Below, piece after piece: positions 25,360 through 31,724 of a DNA stretch of 31,724 bases. Each line of letters opens with the position of its first letter. Within the stretch, counting starts at the first letter, position 1. The position numbers and the translations under genes were made by a program. A model generated the notes under the pieces. The model saw only the letters and a list, made by a program, of their open reading frames with translations. It did not search any database and was not told the origin of the DNA. The DNA lies in the NCBI GenBank assembly GCA_027604505.1, contig JADIIX010000090.1, positions 62,001 to 93,724 of the forward strand, given 5' to 3'. Source of the stretch: Gonapodya sp. JEL0774 (Eukaryota).

Positions 25360-27825
25360 ATGTCCAAGGCAAGCCCGAATCACTTCGCGAATTTGCCTGG
25401 TGCTGTCTCATCCGAACTCTGTCTGCCCTCTGCTCTCTTGCCCATCCTCTGATCGTTGTTCGCCCCACGACCGTCTTCGCATTTCCTTGTCTCAATTCTC
25501 GCCCCACAACGTCCCCTCTGCACACCCTCCACATCATTCCCTCCTGGCCCCTTCCAGCTCGGCGCTTTCGCCAAAAAATCCACCCAATCCACCCCTTCTT
25601 CGTCCACCCCTGCCGACCCGTCTCCCTCCACCAACTTCTTCGCATCCGTCAAGGCTGCCGCATCAGAATCAGGTGGCTCCGTCTCGCTCGCTGGTGCTAC
25701 CGTCCAAAGGGAAGATAAGCCCGTCGTTGCGCCGGTCGCCAAGGCGGCCGCGGGCGCCAAGGGCAAGGATGCTGTCGGGACAGACGAGAAGCGACCCCCG
25801 TCCCCGCCACCGGAACCGTGGACGAAGAAGTTTGGCCCGTACGACTCACCGAACTTGTTGTTGGTGAGAGTTTTGATGCATGATGGAAACGGTGTTGGAG
25901 AAGGGGGGGGGGGGCCCACAAGGCGAGCAAGAGTGCCGAAACAGAATGGGCTTCTGTGGCGACCGACCACAAGTGATTCCCTTGTCTGCTCGGCAGCAAA
26001 AATAGACTGCTGAGCGCTGGGTGCTGCGGCTGAAAGCGAAGCCGTGGTTCTGGGCCACGAACGGTGAACGCAACTCATCACATACGCAACACGCAATTCG
26101 AGCGCAGATGACCATACTGCATACGGCACGTCTATGAGAGAGGGATTTCGCGAGATTCATACGCCAATGGTTGCCGTTCCCCCAAAAGAGTCCTCGTCTC
26201 GTGTCAAACGAACAAGTGTGCTCCCTGCTCATCAGACCCGTTTCCCTCCCCGTCCACCTCCGCCCCTACCCCCCCGCCATTGCAGGCCGACGTCTTCAAA
26301 CAAATCTCTACCTTTGAATTCAAACAAGCCGAATTTGACAGTAATGCCAAATTCAAAGCGACAGCATGTAGGTTTCCCATCGCCCCCCCCCTCTTTGGCC
26401 TTCCTGCCCCACCTCTACCTCACATTTACCCTCCCCGCCTTTTCCCTCCCCCACCCCACCAGACAACAAAGCCCAAAAAGCCCTCCGAGAGTGGCCCAAA
26501 CCCGTCACCTCTGGAAAAGACGCCATGAAGAACATACCTGGCGTGGGGAAGGCCATCGCGGATAAGATCGACAGTATTTTGAAGGATGTGAGTGGCAGAG
26601 GGGACTGCTGGGGGGGGATATACCGTAACGGAGGGTTTCACTGCTCGCTTGCTTCTCTTCAAACACCACCCCCCACCCCCCCACTCCCGACGCCTCGCAC
26701 CCCTGACTTCACCCCGTCGTCGAACTCAAAACAGAAAGCGATCCGGTACAAGGACGTGACCTACCACCCGACGGGGACTGTGGTTGCAGCGGAGTCAGTG
26801 CCATCCTCCTCATTGCGTGTTTTTGTTTGAATGCTTGTTTCCTTTCTCTTTCTGCATATGCATTCTACCTCTGCGTTTTAATTTTTTTATATTTTTTATA
26901 TTTTTTATATTTTTTTATTGGTTTTGAATCTCTTTGCTGACCAATCACTGTTTCGCTCTGCTCCCTCCCCCCCCCTAATCCACTCACCACCCCCACCTCT
27001 TTCCCCACCTCTTTCCCCCACCAACCCGCCAGCCCCGCCACCGTCTCCGCCCCGCTCACCAAATCCGAGCTCGCTGCGCAAAAGAAGGCTGAGAAGGAGG
27101 GTGGCGGCGGCGGGGAGGGCGAGTCGGGTCCTACACCACCAAAGGCCAAGAAGAAGCGGTCTGGAGGCGGTGGAAAGGAAAGTGACGGTGACGGGGATGG
27201 TGACGGGCCGGTGGTGAAGAAGGCCAAGACGGGGAAAGGTGCGGGTGGGTCGGCGGTGGCGACCAAGCGGGCTCCGGGGGGCAGAGGCGGAGGTACCGCG
27301 GGCAAGGCAAAGTCCAGGGCCGGGGCGGCAACGGTAGCGGGGAGGAAGAAGAAGGAGAAGGACGAGTACGAGGACGAGGAGGAGGCGGTTGAGACCGAGG
27401 AGGAGGCGGTGGAGACTGAGGAGGAGGCGGTTGAGACGGACACGGAGGAGGAGGGGGGCGGTAAAGGGGGGAAGGCGAAGAAAAACGGCAGCAGGGGGCT
27501 GCGGGCGGGGAAGAAGGCCGGGTCGTCCGTCGGGGGCGGTGCGAAGCGTAAAGCCCATGTCATCAGTGACAGTGACGATGAAGGACCCGTTGGTGGAGGT
27601 GGAGGTGGGGACTCGGACGGCACGGAAGTTTTGGAAGATACGCCCAAGAAGCCAAAGTACGAGCCCAAGACTGTGGCCGCGACTGGGGCCGGTAGTGTGA
27701 AGGATGAGGAGGCGAAGAAGGAGAAGGAGGTGAGGAAGGAAGGGAGCACGCCGTTGGGGTACGGGTACGGGATGCGGGCAAAGGTGATCGAGTTGGGGAG
27801 TAGCAGTGACGAGGAGGAGGAGTGA
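25360..27825 (+). CDS. Protein with a stand-alone DNA polymerase beta N-terminal (8-kDa, HhH_8) domain flanked by disordered K/G/E-rich regions, ~457 aa, 6 exons
   Basis: Exons 25360-25368, 25558-25863, 26286-26367, 26463-26587, 26735-26793, 27033-27825 give PNLLL|ADVFKQISTFEFKQAEFDSNAKFKATA|YNKAQKALREWPKPVTSGKDAMKNIPGVGKAIADKIDSILKD. The first exon is the least certain. Confidence 0.8.
26878..26919. repeat. AT-only 9-nt tandem repeat (TTTTTTATA)n inside an intron
   Basis: atttttttatattttttatattttttatatttttttatt in otherwise GC-rich sequence. Confidence 0.8.
27376..27438 (+). repeat. 21-nt coding tandem repeat x3 (EEEAVET)
   Basis: gaggaggaggcggt(t/g)gagac(c/t/g) three times. Confidence 0.9.
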
Positions 27826-28175
27826 TATGGGACAGTGGGGAAGGACGGAAAGGGGTTTGGCTTTGGTTTTTTGATACGAGTTTCGAGGACACGAGCGAGG
27901 AGGGATTTTGGCATTTTGGCATTTAGTTTTATACAAGAGAGTGTGATTTTGAGTGGTTTGCAAGACATGGAAGAAATGAACGAATCATGATGAAGAGAAG
28001 AGTCATTGGTGGTCCACAGAATGGTGCGCGCGGCACCCGATGCCGGTTCGCAACACTGGATTGCTTACAGGCGGATTGATCGCGGGTTTGGTTTGGTTTC
28101 GCGGATCACATCACGTTCCCCTTCCGCCTACCCATGTGAATATGTACAGAGTCACCAGGTCCCCCGACCACGTTT

Positions 28176-28994
28176 TCATGTTCCCCTTTTGCTCCCCCGT
28201 TCACCACTCTCCACCCTATCCTCACTCTCACCCTCACTCTCGCCACCGTCACTGTCACTGTCTTCCTCCCCATCGCTCGCGTACCCCGCCAACATGCCCA
28301 ACCCCACAGGTGCGGATGGTGCTGTGGAGGTGGAGGAGCGGGCGGGGATGGACGCGAGTGCGGCGAGGTTCTGTCGGGCTTTGGAAGAGAGGGATGCGAC
28401 CATGGCGAGCGAGGAAGGGGGGAGGAGGGAGGGGGCGGGCGCGTTGGGAAGGCGGGTGTTTGGGGGTGGGGGACCGGTATGGGTGGAGGTGGAGCCCCGG
28501 GGGTCGGTTTCGTGACCGTGACCGTGACCGTCGTCCGCGTCCGTCACAAAGTCCACAAACGTGGCTGCACCACCGTATTTGGAGTAGTACCGCTGGCCCG
28601 TGCTTTCGAGCACGTTGCCGTGTGTGTCCAGGAGCAAGGCAGAGGGGGCACCCGAAGCGGCCACCGCGGCAGAGCGGGAGTGCGGTTTGGTGTCGGTGTT
28701 GGTTCGACCAGTCCCCTTGCCGATGCCATGCCTCCAATCCTTTTTGAACCGTTTTAGGGTGATGGGAGCGTCGACAGAAGCGGCACCGTGGCCCCACTCG
28801 TCAGCGAAGTCCGCTTCGACGCGGGCGCGGGCGATGTCGCTGAGTTTTGAAGTTGGGAGAGCAGGGAGGGGAGAGGAGAGGGGAGCGGGGGAGAGGAGGA
28901 CTTGGACGATGGGAACGGGAAGGGAATTGGACTCGGGAGAGTGTTGACGTTGGCGTTTTGCGGGTGACTGGAGTGGGTGAGAGGAATCAGACAT
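28176..28994 (-). CDS. Hypothetical intronless protein, 272 aa, largely disordered, probably nuclear
   Basis: ATG-to-stop ORF with a basic PAKRQR patch, a central non-low-complexity block (LLLDTHGNVLESTGQRYYSKYGGAATFVDFV) and a C-terminal GLGMLAGYASDGEEDSD motif. Confidence 0.7.
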   Translation of the reverse strand: MSDSSHPLQSPAKRQRQHSPESNSLPVPIVQVLLSPAPLSSPLPALPTSKLSDIARARVEADFADEWGHGAASVDAPITLKRFKKDWRHGIGKGTGRTNTDTKPHSRSAAVAASGAPSALLLDTHGNVLESTGQRYYSKYGGAATFVDFVTDADDGHGHGHETDPRGSTSTHTGPPPPNTRLPNAPAPSLLPPSSLAMVASLSSKARQNLAALASIPARSSTSTAPSAPVGLGMLAGYASDGEEDSDSDGGESEGESEDRVESGERGSKRGT

Positions 28995-29407
28995 GGGACG
29001 GAATCAAAGAGTTTGTGACTGTTGGTGACTTTGAATAAAAGGAGTCTGCAGTTTCTGTGATCTGTGGTCGATCACTTGAGGCACAGCAGGATCCCACTCT
29101 GCCCAACACCACACATTCCCTCTCCCTTCCACATCAAACACAACCAGTATGAAATGCAAAAATAACTAATATGGCAATAGCAATCGTCATTTAGGCATCT
29201 TTCGAATTGTCCCCGCACTCGCGGGCGACAGAGCTGATTGCCTGATTCTATGTCAGGAGACGACGAACCTGTGTCTTCCTCCCAAAGGTTCGCTGGCCAC
29301 TCCCAGCGTCTTCAGCTCCCCTCTGTAAGTTCCAGCATCGATTTGAGGCAATTTCGTATCGAATTATACGGGCTTTTAGGCTCTTAAGTCCTTGTTCTTG
29401 AGAAACC

Positions 29408-31724
29408 ATGGTCGCCTCCGCACACCTTATTGACAGGTATTAGTTTGCATCTCTTGCGAACGCAACGTCGCAACCAACCCAGCCTTTTGACAGACAGATG
29501 GGTCGCAAGCAGAAGCGCCATCTGGTGACACCGAGATCACCGAAGAAAATGAACGAAGCGAACAATCGGACGCTACACGATTCGGAAGTGCGCACGGAAG
29601 GATGAAGATGACGCGTACATAAACCAGTACGTTTTCCGTTTTTCAAGCGTTGGAAAGACATTTTCCGTCTGTCTTCCCCCCCGTCAATTCACACCGAATA
29701 AAAGCGTGAATTACATGCATATCAAGCACGCCCCGGGCGAGCGATAAGGCGAAAGGCCTCTTCTATTTTTTGAATTGGATTTAAATACGCACGCTGGTTG
29801 GAGCGAGGAGCCTTGAGGATGGGTGGGGAGGCAGGATTGATCGATCGACCGGAGGATGTGGACACAAGGACCACAACGTGGGTCGCACCCCCGCCACACG
29901 TGACCAGCACGCGCCATCTGTTCCTTCGTCCTTCCCCTGCGGCGCATCCATCGCAACCCACTCTTCCCATCATCGCATCATCGCATCGTCGCATCGTCGC
30001 ATCATCGCATCATCGCATCATCGCAGCAGGCGTCGATGCGGACTCCAAACGCGCAGATTCTCCCGTTCGATCTGCTGCCAAAACTGTGCGACTCCTCGAT
30101 TCCTCGCTTTCCTTCCTTCTTTTCTCTCGCTTTGCCCTCCCTCTTCCTCATCACTCCCCCTCTCTTCCCTCTTACTCTTCAGTCCACAGAAGACTCCGCC
30201 AGATGCCATCGCCCCTTCCTTTCTTCCCCCCCTCCCTCTCCACGATGCCTGCAGGTCCGTTGTCGTCTGTTTCCCCTCCACTCCCAACTCTCCCCCCCCC
30301 CTTTCCTCTCTCATCCTCCCTCTCTTCCCCCTCTTCCCCAAAATCCCCCTCCAATCTCAAAAGATCAAATGACTCGTCCCTCCTCTCTGCCCTCCTCACC
30401 TCATCCCCTTCTTTAAACCTCAACCTACCAGACCAACTCGGTTACTCCCCTCTCCACATCGCTGCACTGTCCGGTCACGAAGATTGCGCCAAACTGCTCG
30501 TACAGTATGGAGCGGACGTGAACCTCGAGTGTGCCGAGGGCTTCAACGCACTCGAACTCGGTGAGTTGCCGGGTCGGATTCACACGGGGTTCAGGGCCAC
30601 GGACACCCCTTGTGCAGTGCATACAAGCAGACACCGCTCACCACACGCCCTCTTGTACTCTGTGTTTCTCTTTTTTTTCACTCCTGATCCTACCCTGATG
30701 CGTCCAAAACCATTGACGCTCACCCTCGACGTACCCACCACCGCCCACACACATACCCACCCCAATCGCACCCCCAATTCCCCCCACCCACCCACCATCC
30801 AAACCAAAACAGCCCTCTACAACGGCCACATCCCCCTCGGCGCCTTCCTCAAACCCCTCACCCGCCCACCTTCACCTCCCCCCTCCACACCCCTCGTTCC
30901 CCCACGCCCCACCCTTGCCACCACCTCCTCCTCCCCCGCACCCCTCCCCCCGCTCTCCACCACATCCGCCATCTTCATCACCCTCGGCTCCATCGACGCC
31001 CGCCGACGGGTCCCCCCCGTCGTCATGTCCACCTCCACCTCCACCTCCACGGGCACCTCCACCAGCGGTTCCCCCGCCGGGTACCTCGTCACAGTCTCCG
31101 CCGTGGACGTGTCGGGCGCGCTCGGCGACCCGGTCGTGGTGGTGGTACCGGCAGAAGCACCGGCACCGAGCACGTCCACCTCCACATCCGACGACCCACC
31201 GCCCACCGACACACCCGTCTTCAACCCCGTCACGTTCTACTCTGTTTCGCCATCCTCGGTCGTTCTCAGATTCACCGTCGTTCCCTTTTCCTCCCCAACC
31301 GTCCCCGTCCCCTCCACCTCCGTCCTATCCTCGCCCAGACCCAACCCTACACCCCTGCCCGACCCCGCCGCCACCGCCACTGCCACCGCCCTCCTCACCC
31401 CCGGCGGCACCTCCCCCTGGCACGAACGCCACCCCCTTGGCGGCTCCTCCACAACCCCCCTCGTGGACTCCCTTGGCGTCTCGATCGGCCGGGTGGCCTT
31501 CGACTACGTGGTGGTGATGCCGTGGCGGGGTGGTGGTGGTGGTGGTGGTGCGGGTGTGGCACAGGACAAGGACAAGGGTGAGCCCGAGGAGCCCCACACG
31601 AACGGGGAACGGCAACGGCAACGGTGGACGCCGCTCAAGTCCGGAATCGTGGGACACAGGGGATTGGGGATGAACAGGGCAGTGAGGGAGTTGCAGTTGG
31701 GGGAAAATACCATCGTGAGTTGAG
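29408..31724 (+). CDS. Ankyrin-repeat glycerophosphodiester phosphodiesterase (Gde1-like), 5' part, continues beyond the window
   Basis: Exons 29408-29436 (tentative), 30183-30254, 30364-30560, 30813-31714. Ankyrins PLHDACR..., GYSPLHIAALSGHEDCAKLLVQYGADVN, GFNALELALYNGH; GDPD start IVGHRGLGMN..LQLGENTI followed by a gtgagt donor. Confidence 0.85.
29968..30025. repeat. 8-nt tandem repeat (CATCRTCG)x7
   Basis: catcatcg catcatcg catcgtcg catcgtcg catcatcg catcatcg catcatcg read directly. Confidence 0.9.

Noticed and set aside
26018..26040. GGGTGCT..GCTGAAA resembling the 5' half of a TPP riboswitch
   Set aside because: The conserved 3' half (CCTGAT...TAATGCC.GCG.AGGGA) is absent and the host gene is unrelated to thiamine.
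26865..27968. Long minus-strand ORFs (367 aa, 352 aa) and similar overlapping ORFs elsewhere
   Set aside because: Antisense shadows of GC-rich low-complexity coding sequence, with no motifs.
29798..31723. 641-aa continuous ORF as the true protein
   Set aside because: It reads through C-rich stop-free introns; splicing restores proper ankyrin repeats.

Overview
Gene-dense, intron-rich eukaryotic genomic DNA. Introns are mostly short GT-AG, with two probable GC-AG. The gene content is fungal (SLA1, GIS2/CNBP-like, GDE1-like), probably from an early-diverging, chytrid-like fungus; the taxon is an inference. Manual splicing gives 13 gene models in order: KY/hillarin-like transglutaminase-family protein (-), PEX10 (+), small hypothetical (-), YJU2/CWC16 (+), PAS-kinase-like kinase (-), Shewanella-like metallophosphatase (+), MAP1 (+), 10-knuckle CNBP/GIS2-like protein (-), SLA1 (+), a secreted 22-Cys protein (-) with a tandem pseudogenised paralogue, a protein with a stand-alone Pol-beta 8-kDa HhH domain (+), an intronless hypothetical (-), and the 5' part of an ankyrin+GDPD (Gde1-like) gene (+). 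I recognised no tRNA, rRNA, snRNA, CRISPR array or transposon. The most notable items are the orphan PolX lyase-like domain protein, the cysteine-rich secreted gene/pseudogene pair, and a 152-aa single-exon insert in the kinase hinge. All exon models were derived by eye and need transcript support.
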